Assembly (NCBI GenBank): GCA_965204375.1
Contig: OZ241986.1
Coordinates: 896,001 to 960,000 of the forward strand
Origin: Candidatus Latescibacterota bacterium
Lineage (GTDB): Bacteria > Latescibacterota > UBA2968
Reading direction: 5' to 3'
Length of the DNA stretch: 64,000 nucleotides
In this document: one piece after another, positions 50,277 through 60,297 of the stretch
How the letters are laid out: the number at the start of each line of letters is the position of its first letter
How positions within the stretch are numbered: position 1 is the stretch's first letter
Made by a program: the position numbers and the translations under genes
The notes under the pieces: generated by a model
Told to the model about the DNA's origin: nothing
What the model saw: only the letters and a program-made list of their open reading frames with translations
Databases searched by the model: none

Positions 50277-51746
50277 TCAGCGTTTCACCTGGGTATAGGG
50301 GCTTGAAATATACTGCTTGTAGCCGTTAACCTCTCGTCCATGATTGCTGAAGAAATCGATCTGGGAAAAGCCATCCTTTAACGGTATGGTTGCAGTCCAG
50401 GCACCAGTCTTTGCATCACGTTCCATATCCATCCATTGGTCTGCGGGGATTTGCTCGTGCAAGAATGGGGCGGAACCTGCCGGAGCGCGATCATAGATCC
50501 ACCATATGCGTCCGTCTATCGGCTGAGGTCCTACATTAAAACTCACGCTGACACTTAGTTTGTCCCTAGAGATTTTATAATTTGACTTCGGAGGCTGTAG
50601 CAAGGGCTCGCCACCAAAGAAGTGATGCCAGAGGAAGGCGTCTTTATTCTGTTCGTCCTTTGCCGTAGCGACATGCGGCGTTTGTGAGTGCCCGCCACTG
50701 GGTTCGTAATAGACTGGCAACTGAGGATGATTTTGCGCGCCCCAAAGAATGTCAAATGCAACGTAGTCATGTGTTCCCGGCTGAAAAAGCATATCGACGC
50801 CGCGCTCCGTTAGCCGATCCCAATTCTCCGTAACGCACGCGCTAGACCATAAACGATCCGCAAAGGATTGCATTTCGTCCATGGATTTTCCCGCTTTCAG
50901 CGCCATTTGACCCATGCCGCCCTCAGATCCCACCATAACGCGCTGATAAACTCTCCCGCGTTGTTGATCCAGATCGATATCGCCAGCCTTGACGGCTTCA
51001 AAGAATGCTTTGTTTGCCTCTTCAGCTTTGGCGACTTCTTCCCTGTCGGCTCTTCGAGTCGGCGAAAAGTAAGCAGGCGCATGGTTGGAGCAAGTCGCGG
51101 TAAAACGCTCGTCATTTATTAAGGCGACCGCGGGCGACATGCCGTTCTTGGAGCTGCCCGAGCCGGCAACCTTGCCTTTTTCGAAATGGTCGCTCTCCGC
51201 ATACGCCGCGGTGGTTGCCCGCATTAAGGTCATCGACCAGATCCAGAGAGTCGTGTAGCGGGGATTCAGATCTTTCATAAACATGCGCCCCATTTTTTGA
51301 TCCAAGCCCCGTTTGCCCGGAATCTGCCTGAACGCCTTGACGTGCGTCTTGACGATACCAACGCCACCTGCCAGCAGTTTCGCCTGAAAGTCAGTTGGAC
51401 GCGAGTCTTCCATCAGCCCTTCATAGGGATTGGCTCCGGTAATGCTAAAGCCCTTCGCCTTGCCTTCGAGCGGAACAATCATACGCACCGGGATCCGATA
51501 ATCTTGTCCAGGCCACCATTCGGCGACATTGATTTCGATTAGCTTCTGTCGCGTCGTGCCTGTCACCTCGTCCACGTGCCAGTCCTTCAACGTCTTTATA
51601 TCCAGCGTGCTTTCGTCAAGAATCTCTTCGATATTGAACATGTCGCAGTTCATACCAGAATCCTTCTCAGAATCGGCAGCAAACGCTACGGAAATCGTAA
51701 AAGTCGCGAGAATAACCAGCGATGCCATTATTCTAATTCTATCCAT
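50277..51746 (-). CDS. Secreted alpha/beta hydrolase-like protein (PqaA-like)
   Basis: Signal peptide ending AFAA; nucleophile-elbow-like GSGSSKNG, GTHD and GGH; AAGGAG RBS. Confidence 0.5.
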   Translation of the reverse strand: MDRIRIMASLVILATFTISVAFAADSEKDSGMNCDMFNIEEILDESTLDIKTLKDWHVDEVTGTTRQKLIEINVAEWWPGQDYRIPVRMIVPLEGKAKGFSITGANPYEGLMEDSRPTDFQAKLLAGGVGIVKTHVKAFRQIPGKRGLDQKMGRMFMKDLNPRYTTLWIWSMTLMRATTAAYAESDHFEKGKVAGSGSSKNGMSPAVALINDERFTATCSNHAPAYFSPTRRADREEVAKAEEANKAFFEAVKAGDIDLDQQRGRVYQRVMVGSEGGMGQMALKAGKSMDEMQSFADRLWSSACVTENWDRLTERGVDMLFQPGTHDYVAFDILWGAQNHPQLPVYYEPSGGHSQTPHVATAKDEQNKDAFLWHHFFGGEPLLQPPKSNYKISRDKLSVSVSFNVGPQPIDGRIWWIYDRAPAGSAPFLHEQIPADQWMDMERDAKTGAWTATIPLKDGFSQIDFFSNHGREVNGYKQYISSPYTQVKR

Positions 51747-51795
51747 TGCCTTCTCCTTTGCAGATTTAGTGTGTCTCGCACGTTGGCACTGCGGG

Positions 51796-53406
51796 TCATT
51801 CCCCCGTAACATTCGGGATGAGTGCCGACAGGCCCAGATTTGTTAGCCGCTCGATTTCTTCCCGGAGTTCGTCGCCCGCCAGCGGACCCGCGTAGGGGGC
51901 CTGCTCGAAGCGACATGGAGACTCCACCAGGCGGGGATCGTCGTTCTCCCGCAGGAGACCCATGAGTTCGTTCGCCAGGTCTTTGCGGGCCTGATCGTAG
52001 TCCGGGTCTGTGGCGACATTGTTCATGTAGTGGGGATCGACCCGAAGGTCGTAGAGTTCCTCTCGAGGACGCTTACCGAAGCCGATCTCAAAGAGGGGCT
52101 GTACCTCTTCGTCGGCGCGATGGTGAATCATCCAGGCCTTGGTTGGACCCCCATCCATGTCGGAATACGCCGGGCGCGAGCTGGCCATGAGACTGTCCCA
52201 GGACGGCGCCTCCGCATTGGGGTCGTCAAGCCCTCGCGGGTCTCCCACGGGCCAACGATCAGGCTCGAAGTTGTGGATGTAGAGAAAGTCCCTGGTGCGG
52301 ATCGCACGCATCGGATAGGGCATGCCATCTCTTGCCATGACATTGTGGCGCTCTCGGCCCGTCACGACGGCCGTGCGCTCTGCTTCTACCTGTCCACTCC
52401 TATCGCTTTCGAGCACAGGTAGAAGGCTGCGAGCCGTCATGCTGTCTGGGATGTCAACGCCGGCGGCGTCGAGGAAAGTGGGTGCCAGATCCATCAGGTT
52501 GACGAAGTCATCGACGACGCGGGCGGAAGGGATGCGTTCTGGCCACCGGGCGGCCAGCGCCACTTCGCAGCCAATGTTGTAAAGGTTGCACTTGGCGCGC
52601 GGGAAGCCCGGAATGCCGTGGTCGCCGCTGACGACGATGAGTGTATTGTCCAGCTCGCCGCTGGCCTCGAGGCGCTCGATCAGGACGCCCAGACCAGCAT
52701 CTACCGCCAGACACTCACCCAGGTAATCGTTCACGTCTTCACGGATGTCGTGGACGTCGGGGAGGAAGGCCGGAAGGCGACCTTTCAGGTCGTCGGATTC
52801 CAGCCCCCATAGCGCCTTGCCAGAGCCGCGCTCCCAGGTTCGGTGAGTGTTGGTTGGACCCCACCAGTAGCAGAAAGGCTTTCCCGCGGGCCTCGCCTCC
52901 AGGAAGGCGTCGAAGTTCTGCCGCGTCTCTTCGATGAGCATTTCTTTGGCTCCGTCGATCCCGAGTTCAGAAGCCCGTTTGGTCGCGACGTGGGAGAAGC
53001 GGTTGTACAGCCTGCCAGCAGATTCGTACCGCGTACGCTCTGCGCCGTAGGGGGCGTTCATGGTCCTTCCAGGAGACCACACTTTGTACGTGTACCCGAT
53101 GTGGTAGCCATTTTCCTCGAGAATGAGGGGATAGGTCGGAATGGTCTCGTCCCACACAGCGCCCTGCAGGATGGCGCCGAGGCCCGTCTGCCAGAAGTAC
53201 TGCCCCGAGAGGATGGAACTCCGGCAGGGCGTGCAACTGGGCGCCGGGACAAAGGCGTTTCGGAAGAGCACACCTTCCTCGGCAATCCGGTCGAAATTTG
53301 GGGTGTCAATGAGTGCGTTAATCGCGTTTTCGCCCTCGAACGGACGGTATGCGCTGGCATAACGCCCCCAGTCGTCCGCAAAGGCAAAGAGTATGTTGGG
53401 GGGCAT
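51796..53406 (-). CDS. Sulfatase (N-sulfoglucosamine sulfohydrolase-like)
   Basis: FADDWG, CTPCR, GDHGIPGFPRAKCNLY, GRERH and EELYDL motifs. Confidence 0.92.
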   Translation of the reverse strand: MPPNILFAFADDWGRYASAYRPFEGENAINALIDTPNFDRIAEEGVLFRNAFVPAPSCTPCRSSILSGQYFWQTGLGAILQGAVWDETIPTYPLILEENGYHIGYTYKVWSPGRTMNAPYGAERTRYESAGRLYNRFSHVATKRASELGIDGAKEMLIEETRQNFDAFLEARPAGKPFCYWWGPTNTHRTWERGSGKALWGLESDDLKGRLPAFLPDVHDIREDVNDYLGECLAVDAGLGVLIERLEASGELDNTLIVVSGDHGIPGFPRAKCNLYNIGCEVALAARWPERIPSARVVDDFVNLMDLAPTFLDAAGVDIPDSMTARSLLPVLESDRSGQVEAERTAVVTGRERHNVMARDGMPYPMRAIRTRDFLYIHNFEPDRWPVGDPRGLDDPNAEAPSWDSLMASSRPAYSDMDGGPTKAWMIHHRADEEVQPLFEIGFGKRPREELYDLRVDPHYMNNVATDPDYDQARKDLANELMGLLRENDDPRLVESPCRFEQAPYAGPLAGDELREEIERLTNLGLSALIPNVTGE

Positions 53407-53448
53407 CGCATTCTCCATTCAACAATTTTTGAAATCTATACTTCGCGT

Positions 53449-54798
53449 TTACACTTGTTTTCTGCGAAATGCGTGGGGATTGACGATTTCATATCCCCAT
53501 CGATCCAACAATTCCTGCCCAGTCTCAAACGCGTCGTTCTGTTCCTTCAACAGATCTGAAAGCAAACCTTCCAGATGCGTTTGAACAGATTCTACCTCAG
53601 GCCGACCACAAAGGTTCTCCAACTGATAAGGATCTGCCTCATTGTCATACAACAACCAGGGCCCCTCCAGGTCACGCACATAAGTATAACGGCTCGTGCG
53701 AACGCCTCGATATTCTCTGCCACCATGTTCATAAGAATAATTGGCAAACGGCACGTAGCATCCAAAAAGTGAAGCTTCAAAAGGCGCATCGGCTTCACCG
53801 AGCATGTGTTTGGCAAAACTCACCCCTTCGACACCGTCCGGCACAGGTGCGCCTACCAGATCCAGCATGGTTGGCATCATATCCGGTATCCCAAAAGGTG
53901 TGTCGATTTGGCGACCCGTGCCATCTGGCAAACGCAACAGAAAGGGCACAAGAATGGATTCATCCCAGGGCCGTATTTTCCGATCATGGCCTTGTGACCC
54001 ATTCATTTCACCGTGATCAGACGTAAACACAAGAATCGTATCCTCTGTCATCCCGAGGCGTTCAAGTGCTTCTTCAACACGCCCAACACAGTGATCAAGT
54101 GCCGTAATATGCGCATAATAACCCCACATGTCATTCCGGGCAGTCGCTTCACTCTCAGCAGGCACATTGTCTCTCAATACGATTTCATCTTCATTGTAGA
54201 GCGCTCTGTATTCTTCCGGCACTTTGTGGAAAGGGTTATGAGGCGGGCCATATGAAACAAAAAGGAAAAAGGGATCGTCTTCATCCTGCCTGCCCTCCAG
54301 ATACTCAATCGCACAATCTGTCTGTGCAAACGCATCGTATCCTTCCCACTTTTTCATAATGCCCGAATCATCATAATAGGGCGAATCGTAATAATTGTGC
54401 GAGCATTCGTGCGCGCGCCAAAAGTCAAAGCCCAACCGTCGCTCTGGTGGGATGAAATTTTGCTCGTGGGTATCTCCGTCCAAATGCCACTTGCCAATGT
54501 ATGCGGTGTCATAACCGTGTGACTTTAGAACCTCAGCGAATGTGGTCGTATCGGGCTCAAGCCGAATCTGGTTTAAAAAGATCCCATGCGTCAGTGGATA
54601 TTGCCCGGTCAAAAGACAGGCACGAGCCGGACAACAAACCGGGCACGTTGACACAGTCGTATCCAACCGAACACTCTTTTGAGCCAGGGCATCGAGATTG
54701 GGTGTCTTAACATTTGGATCTCCCGTATACCCCGTCGCCTGTGCGCGCCACTGATCGGTCAAAATGAATACAATATTGGGCTTCTCTTTGTTGGCCAC
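53449..54798 (-). CDS. Sulfatase
   Basis: TDQWR, CCPAR, IGKWHLDG, PPHNP and SDHGE motifs; GTG start. Confidence 0.93.
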   Translation of the reverse strand: MANKEKPNIVFILTDQWRAQATGYTGDPNVKTPNLDALAQKSVRLDTTVSTCPVCCPARACLLTGQYPLTHGIFLNQIRLEPDTTTFAEVLKSHGYDTAYIGKWHLDGDTHEQNFIPPERRLGFDFWRAHECSHNYYDSPYYDDSGIMKKWEGYDAFAQTDCAIEYLEGRQDEDDPFFLFVSYGPPHNPFHKVPEEYRALYNEDEIVLRDNVPAESEATARNDMWGYYAHITALDHCVGRVEEALERLGMTEDTILVFTSDHGEMNGSQGHDRKIRPWDESILVPFLLRLPDGTGRQIDTPFGIPDMMPTMLDLVGAPVPDGVEGVSFAKHMLGEADAPFEASLFGCYVPFANYSYEHGGREYRGVRTSRYTYVRDLEGPWLLYDNEADPYQLENLCGRPEVESVQTHLEGLLSDLLKEQNDAFETGQELLDRWGYEIVNPHAFRRKQV

Positions 54799-54866
54799 AA
54801 AAAACTCCTCAGATTACTTCACGCTAATAAACGAATCACAGAAATATCAAAAAGATTTGATTCCTT

Positions 54867-55721
54867 CTAAACAACCGGTCTGATCTCTGGGGCACCGTTC
54901 TCTTCGCACCACGGCGTAAGTGGGCTATCTCCACCACCAGCTTTGTACCCCTCTATCTTTGGATATCTTTCACCTACCAAATACCGACCCAATTCATCCA
55001 GTTTATCCATAAAGGCAGGCTCCTGGCTTCGATAGTCCAGCGGCATAACCCAACGATAGCCATAACCAATCATGATCGCCTTTCGGATGTTACCCGATGT
55101 GTTTATCCCCGCCGCATGACCGGTTCGATTTTCAAAGAATAGGCAATCACCCGCCTTTAAAGAAGCTTCAACATAACCTTTTGGTCCAAGCTCTCCTTCA
55201 GGGACTTCAATGGGGTTGCTGTGGCGATTGGAGCCAGGCGCAATGAGTGTCATTCCCGAGTTTGGTTCGGTCAGATCATTGAGATAAAACGCGCACTTTA
55301 ACAAAACACGGGGCACATGATTTCCCAATACTTTTGTCGCTGCACCATAATCGCGATGCCATCCGACCCGCCGAATTTTCTTCGAGAGATCAGAAGAGTT
55401 TCTGTAAGCAAGTTGTGAGACCATCAGTTGGATGTGTGCACCCAAAAGCTGTACTGCAACCGACAGCGATTTGGCGTGGGTTAGCAGTGGAATAAAAGCA
55501 TCATCTTTCACAATACAATTCTTAAAGCCCAGTCGTCCCGTGCGCATGTGTTGGTCGTCACTCGCAATCAACCGATCAGCAGCCTCAACGACCCGGTCAA
55601 TCATGTCCTGATCGAGCACGTCGCGCACGATGAGATAGCCTTGCTCATCAAACTGCCTGATTTCTTGTTCTGAAAGCGCATGCCAGTCCAGATCAATCGA
55701 CGATTCTGTCATCTGAGCCAT
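54867..55721 (-). CDS. PhyH-like Fe/2OG oxygenase
   Basis: FDEQGYLIVRDVL, GWHRD, SGMTLIAPGS and GDCLFFENRTGHAAGIN motifs. Confidence 0.87.
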   Translation of the reverse strand: MAQMTESSIDLDWHALSEQEIRQFDEQGYLIVRDVLDQDMIDRVVEAADRLIASDDQHMRTGRLGFKNCIVKDDAFIPLLTHAKSLSVAVQLLGAHIQLMVSQLAYRNSSDLSKKIRRVGWHRDYGAATKVLGNHVPRVLLKCAFYLNDLTEPNSGMTLIAPGSNRHSNPIEVPEGELGPKGYVEASLKAGDCLFFENRTGHAAGINTSGNIRKAIMIGYGYRWVMPLDYRSQEPAFMDKLDELGRYLVGERYPKIEGYKAGGGDSPLTPWCEENGAPEIRPVV

Positions 55722-55757
55722 TGTTTGCTCTCCTTTCGTTTGAGCCATCGGGGGATT

Positions 55758-57185
55758 CTAAACACTCGGCAAAGGCACAGTATCTCCTGTTTCATGTTGC
55801 CACAATCGAATCTTCGCCGCCATATCGCGAATGCGATCGCGATGTTCAGGAACATCAAACAGATTGTTTTCTTCATAAGGATCTGTATTAAGGTCGAACA
55901 ACTCACACTGATCACCTGCACACAAATTCAACTTCCAGAGATCACCCGTCACCACAGACCGCCAGGGCAATGTCGCCATCAAGTTAATGCTTGGATTCCC
56001 TAAATTGCGATCGCCAATCCCATTCCACTCCATAAATGCAACGTGATCCTTCAAATCGCGCTCACCGGTGAGTGCACCAGCCAAACTTTCCCCTTCACAC
56101 TGATCTGAAACTTCAACGCCCGCCAGATCCAAAAGTGTCGGCACCAAATCCGCATGCCCAAACACACCATCGATTCGTTTCTGTTCCTCATTCAACCACG
56201 GCACACTGAGCAAAAACGGCACTCGCGCAGACTCTTCGTAAAACGTCCGTTTTTCCAGCATCGCATGATCGCCCACCATTTCCCCATGATCACTCGTGTA
56301 AGCAATAATCGTATTCTCCAGTTGCCTTGTATCTTCCAATGCCTGAATGATCCGCCCCACAGCATCATCCACAATCTTCATATTTCCGAAGTATTGCGAT
56401 CTCACTTTCCGCCATCCCAATTCCGTACTTAAATCTTCACCTGCCTCTATCTTTGTTGCATAATGCTCTGCTCGCACCCGATTAAATCGCGAATGCCCTT
56501 CAGGCTGTTTCAAAAACGTCGGGCCAACTGGCAATTCCTCAGGATCATACAATCCGTCATACGGCCCTGTATATGGAGGGTGCGGTTCAAACGTACTGCA
56601 CACCAGCAACCAGGGCTGATCGACATTTTCTCGAATAAACCGATCCGCTTCCTGCGCGACAAACGCCCCGACCTGTTGTTCCGCTGGCAAACGTGCGCGA
56701 TCTCCTGCAGAAAATTGTTTCAAGTCCGGTGCCAAATGCGAGGGTGGTTCAACGCCCTGTGCCACCAACCACTCATAGTGGGAACTCATCGGCGCATCTT
56801 GAATCGTATTCAAATGCCGCAAATTATCCTGAATACTGATCCACTCATCAAACCCATGTTGGCGAACGGTATCGTTGCCCAAATGCCATTTGCCCATATA
56901 TGCTTTGCGATATGTATCTGGCATCATTTCCGCAATCGACTTTGTATCTTCCCGTAGATGAATCCCATTCACCACACATCCGTGCGAATGAGGGTACAGT
57001 CCAGACATCAACGTACCCCGCGACGGCGTACACACAGCCTGACCAACATACGTATTCTCAAAAACAAAAGACCGCTCCGAAAGCGCATTCAAATGCGGCG
57101 ATTGAATCCAATCATTGCCGTAACACGACATGGTATCTGTGCGTTGCTGATCTGTGAACACAAAAAGGATATTCGGTTGATTCAT
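55758..57185 (-). CDS. Sulfatase
   Basis: TDQQR, CTPSR, MGKWHLG, EPHPPY and SDHGE motifs. Confidence 0.93.
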   Translation of the reverse strand: MNQPNILFVFTDQQRTDTMSCYGNDWIQSPHLNALSERSFVFENTYVGQAVCTPSRGTLMSGLYPHSHGCVVNGIHLREDTKSIAEMMPDTYRKAYMGKWHLGNDTVRQHGFDEWISIQDNLRHLNTIQDAPMSSHYEWLVAQGVEPPSHLAPDLKQFSAGDRARLPAEQQVGAFVAQEADRFIRENVDQPWLLVCSTFEPHPPYTGPYDGLYDPEELPVGPTFLKQPEGHSRFNRVRAEHYATKIEAGEDLSTELGWRKVRSQYFGNMKIVDDAVGRIIQALEDTRQLENTIIAYTSDHGEMVGDHAMLEKRTFYEESARVPFLLSVPWLNEEQKRIDGVFGHADLVPTLLDLAGVEVSDQCEGESLAGALTGERDLKDHVAFMEWNGIGDRNLGNPSINLMATLPWRSVVTGDLWKLNLCAGDQCELFDLNTDPYEENNLFDVPEHRDRIRDMAAKIRLWQHETGDTVPLPSV

Positions 57186-57187
57186 AT

Positions 57188-59185
57188 CTATTCCTCAAAC
57201 CCAGAGGACAGTTCAATTCTCTTCATCACCCGCTCCAATACCCACACCCTGACGATGCCATCTCGCTGCCCACCAAGCCCGCTTGTGTAATTGTTCTTTT
57301 TGAGCTGCGTATTGTGTTCTGGCCCGCACATCTCCTGTTTGTTTATGGCCTGCTCCAGGGCGGAAATAAGCGATGCCATAGGCTGCAATTCTTCGCGGCT
57401 ACGGTATGACAGATAAGCGCCGGCCCGTAGCCGCGCCCAGAGGATATCGCTCGCCAGCGCCCGTTCAAAAGCAGGCAGAGCCAGGGCGCCTTCGCCTGCC
57501 CGCACCAGATAGTCTCCGGCGGCCAGGCTGACGCTGATTGAGGGATCGTCAAGGAGGGGGGAGAGCCGCTCGGTCATCGCGCGTTCCACACCAAGCGAGC
57601 AAAGGCCGGTAACAGCCCAGAAACGCACGGCGCTGTCGGGATCACCAAGTCGTTTTACGAGTTCTTCCTTTGCTTCTTCGCCCATGCGCGCCAGGTCCGC
57701 TGTTTCCAGGATCCGCTCATAATTATCACAGTGAGTACCGACTGCGTGGCTGATGCCGTTGTACTGCTCGGCTCGCGCGGCAATCTCCGGTTCATCGATC
57801 AGCCCCAGATCGCGGGTCTCGATCATCCAGCCAAACAGCTTCTGTCGCAGTTCCTTTTTGACGTCGCTGAAAGCGGGATCTTCTGCCAGGTTATGCACCT
57901 GTTCAGGATCCTTTTCGATGTCGTATAACTCTTCGGCCGGTTTGTGATCCTGCCAGATATGAAACTGCTGGTAATGCTCAGGTAGCCCGTCCTGTTTGAT
58001 CATGACCGGTGGACCGAGCATCAGAAACACGCCGTCGGGGTCGTGGACCTTCTGTTTGCCCGGCAGGCAAGAGGTCTCCCAGAAGGCTCGCTCCGGCGTT
58101 CCCTCTTCTGGGACGGGCGCGAAGAACCCGCCGTCTGGATAGAACGAAGCATAAGGCTGGTGGGGGAGGAAGTTACGCATGTAACGGTATTTTTTGGTGC
58201 GGATCGTGCGGATCACCTCCGGGTTGTTGTCCAGCCGATCTCTGGCACTGCAGACGAACTCTCTCGGTTCATCTCTGTTGGGACCGCACAGGTTTCGACT
58301 CTGTATATGATCGGCGAGCGGAATGCCTGCCAGCTGCAGGGTCGTCGCACACAGGTCCATGTGCAAGACGGGTTCATCAATCGCGGTGCCGGGGTCTGCC
58401 GGGGATAGGTGCCGGTACTTCTCCGGGAATCGCATAATCAGCGGAATACTCAATCCGTCGTCGTATGCATGGATCTTGCCCCGGGGATAACCCGTGCCGT
58501 GGTCTCCCCAATAGACCACAATAGTGTCTTCACTGTGCCCCTGCTCTTCAAGCTGGTTCAGGATCTCCCCGACCTGCTTATCGACATTTGTAAGGGCATC
58601 GTAGAAAAGTGCCATCCGTTCCCTGAACAGGGGCGTGTCGGGAACAAAGCTCGGAACCGGCACATCATTCGGATCGTGCAACTCGTCGTCGCTCAAGAGC
58701 GCGGAACGCGCTTTCCGTGCATCCTCGGGCGTCAGTTTGAATACGCTGGCGTGGGAACTGCCCAGTCTGTAATACATGAAAAACGGCTTGTCTTCAGGGC
58801 GATTCTCCCAAAAATCTTCAGAATTGTAATACTGTTCACGCTCATCTTTGGAGACGTATAGATTGATGTCATTGTCCGGCTGCGTGCAGGCATAACCGGC
58901 GTTTGTCAGCATTGTGTTTAACAGTTCAACCCCTGCGGGGCGGATGACCGCGCTACGGTGATGATGCGTGCCCAGCGTGGTCGGATGCATGCCGGTATAG
59001 ATGCCCGTGCGCGATGGTGAGCAGATTGGGCCAGCGGTGAACGCGTTGGTGTAGCGCACACCTTCTGCCGATAGGCGGTCAATATTCGGGGTATGCGCGT
59101 ATTGATCGCCGTAGCAGCCGTAGTTCCAGGCGCTGGAGTCGTGGTTGCTGATCCAGAGGAAATTGGGTCTGTCTTGTTTTTCCAT
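57188..59185 (-). CDS. Sulfatase with C-terminal HEAT-like repeats
   Basis: CSPSR, GDHG..YPRGK and ARDR motifs; C-terminal DPDSAVRFWAV and DDPSISVSLAA repeats. Confidence 0.88.
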   Translation of the reverse strand: MEKQDRPNFLWISNHDSSAWNYGCYGDQYAHTPNIDRLSAEGVRYTNAFTAGPICSPSRTGIYTGMHPTTLGTHHHRSAVIRPAGVELLNTMLTNAGYACTQPDNDINLYVSKDEREQYYNSEDFWENRPEDKPFFMYYRLGSSHASVFKLTPEDARKARSALLSDDELHDPNDVPVPSFVPDTPLFRERMALFYDALTNVDKQVGEILNQLEEQGHSEDTIVVYWGDHGTGYPRGKIHAYDDGLSIPLIMRFPEKYRHLSPADPGTAIDEPVLHMDLCATTLQLAGIPLADHIQSRNLCGPNRDEPREFVCSARDRLDNNPEVIRTIRTKKYRYMRNFLPHQPYASFYPDGGFFAPVPEEGTPERAFWETSCLPGKQKVHDPDGVFLMLGPPVMIKQDGLPEHYQQFHIWQDHKPAEELYDIEKDPEQVHNLAEDPAFSDVKKELRQKLFGWMIETRDLGLIDEPEIAARAEQYNGISHAVGTHCDNYERILETADLARMGEEAKEELVKRLGDPDSAVRFWAVTGLCSLGVERAMTERLSPLLDDPSISVSLAAGDYLVRAGEGALALPAFERALASDILWARLRAGAYLSYRSREELQPMASLISALEQAINKQEMCGPEHNTQLKKNNYTSGLGGQRDGIVRVWVLERVMKRIELSSGFEE

Positions 59186-59240
59186 AAGTGGCTCCTATTT
59201 TTGATTCCCGGCGCGGCCTGGATTAGTCAATTTCTAAAAA

Positions 59241-59269
59241 ATAATAATATGTACGAAATCTTCAGTCAA
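59241..59269 (-). promoter_or_regulatory. Putative sigma70 promoter reading into the sulfatase array
   Basis: TTGACT-N17-TATTAT. Confidence 0.45.
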
Positions 59270-59330
59270 GAAAGTAACAGCACGTCCTCCATCTTACGAA
59301 GAAGTTGGAGGATGAGATATATTTCAATGC

Positions 59331-60227
59331 TCAGATGACTTCGTCGCCTGCCTGAGTAAGCCGGATCATGGGAAGGTCTTCATGGCGGTTTTTTTCTGGC
59401 GGATGGATGAGTTCTTCGAGGCGTTTTTTGGTGGCCAGAAATTGGGGTGTGAGGAATTGGTCTGGATTGCGGGGGCGGGGCACGGAAACTTCGATAATTT
59501 CCTGGATGTGACCGGGGTGGGTACCTAAAACTACGATGCGGTCAGCCAGATAGACGGCTTCATCCAGGTCGTGGGTGATAAAGAGGATGGTGATATCTAC
59601 GTTGCGCCAGATTTGGAGCAAGTAGGTCTGCATCTGGCTTCTGGTTTGGGCATCAAGGGCACCAAAGGGTTCGTCCATGAGCAGGATACGGGGGCGGTTG
59701 GCCAGGGCGCGTGCGATGGCCACGCGTTGTTTCATGCCACCTGAAAGTTCGTGTGGATAAGCGTTGGCAAAATTGCTCAGGCCCACAAGGTCGATCCACT
59801 GGAGTGCCTGTTCTTCGGCATAATTGTTGCCGTGGTTAGTCATTTTGAGGCCGAACATGATATTCTTTTTTATGGTCAGCCAGGGAAAGAGCGTGTAACC
59901 TTGAAAGACCATGCCGCGATCAGGGGACGGACCTTTCACTTCTTGATTGTCCAAGAGGACCTGGCCGGAGGTGGGATAGTCCAGGCCAGCCAGGATGCGG
60001 ATGAGGGTGGATTTACCACAGCCGGAGGCGCCGATGACACAGATAAATTCACGCCGGTGTATGTTGAACAGGATGTCGTGGAGGGCGACGATGTCGCCGT
60101 CGGCCCCCGGAAAGATTTTGCCGAGGTGCTGGACTTTCAGGACAACGGGGCGCTGGCGAATTTTTTCAAATCGGGCTTTAACGTCCGGTTCCTGTTCCAG
60201 GTAGCTCGGTAAATTCAGGTTGTTCAT
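59331..60227 (-). CDS. NitT/TauT-family ABC transporter ATP-binding protein
   Basis: [33 protein letters not shown] and FITHD motifs. Confidence 0.95.
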   Translation of the reverse strand: MNNLNLPSYLEQEPDVKARFEKIRQRPVVLKVQHLGKIFPGADGDIVALHDILFNIHRREFICVIGASGCGKSTLIRILAGLDYPTSGQVLLDNQEVKGPSPDRGMVFQGYTLFPWLTIKKNIMFGLKMTNHGNNYAEEQALQWIDLVGLSNFANAYPHELSGGMKQRVAIARALANRPRILLMDEPFGALDAQTRSQMQTYLLQIWRNVDITILFITHDLDEAVYLADRIVVLGTHPGHIQEIIEVSVPRPRNPDQFLTPQFLATKKRLEELIHPPEKNRHEDLPMIRLTQAGDEVI

Positions 60228-60297
60228 GGTTGGGTTTTTCTGTCTGAGAGGTTGATTTTTTGAAGACTTTGAAAGTTCGGTTCAGCCGCAGGCGTCC

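Noticed and set aside
55721-55748. Duplicated ATGGCTCA start before the PhyH gene
   Set aside because: Only an 8-nt repeat, which could be chance; the downstream ATG has the RBS.
1-59185. Classical integron cassette array
   Set aside because: The spacers show no recurring RYYYAAC...GTTRRRY attC structure and no IntI is present. The repeats found are gene remnants, each different.
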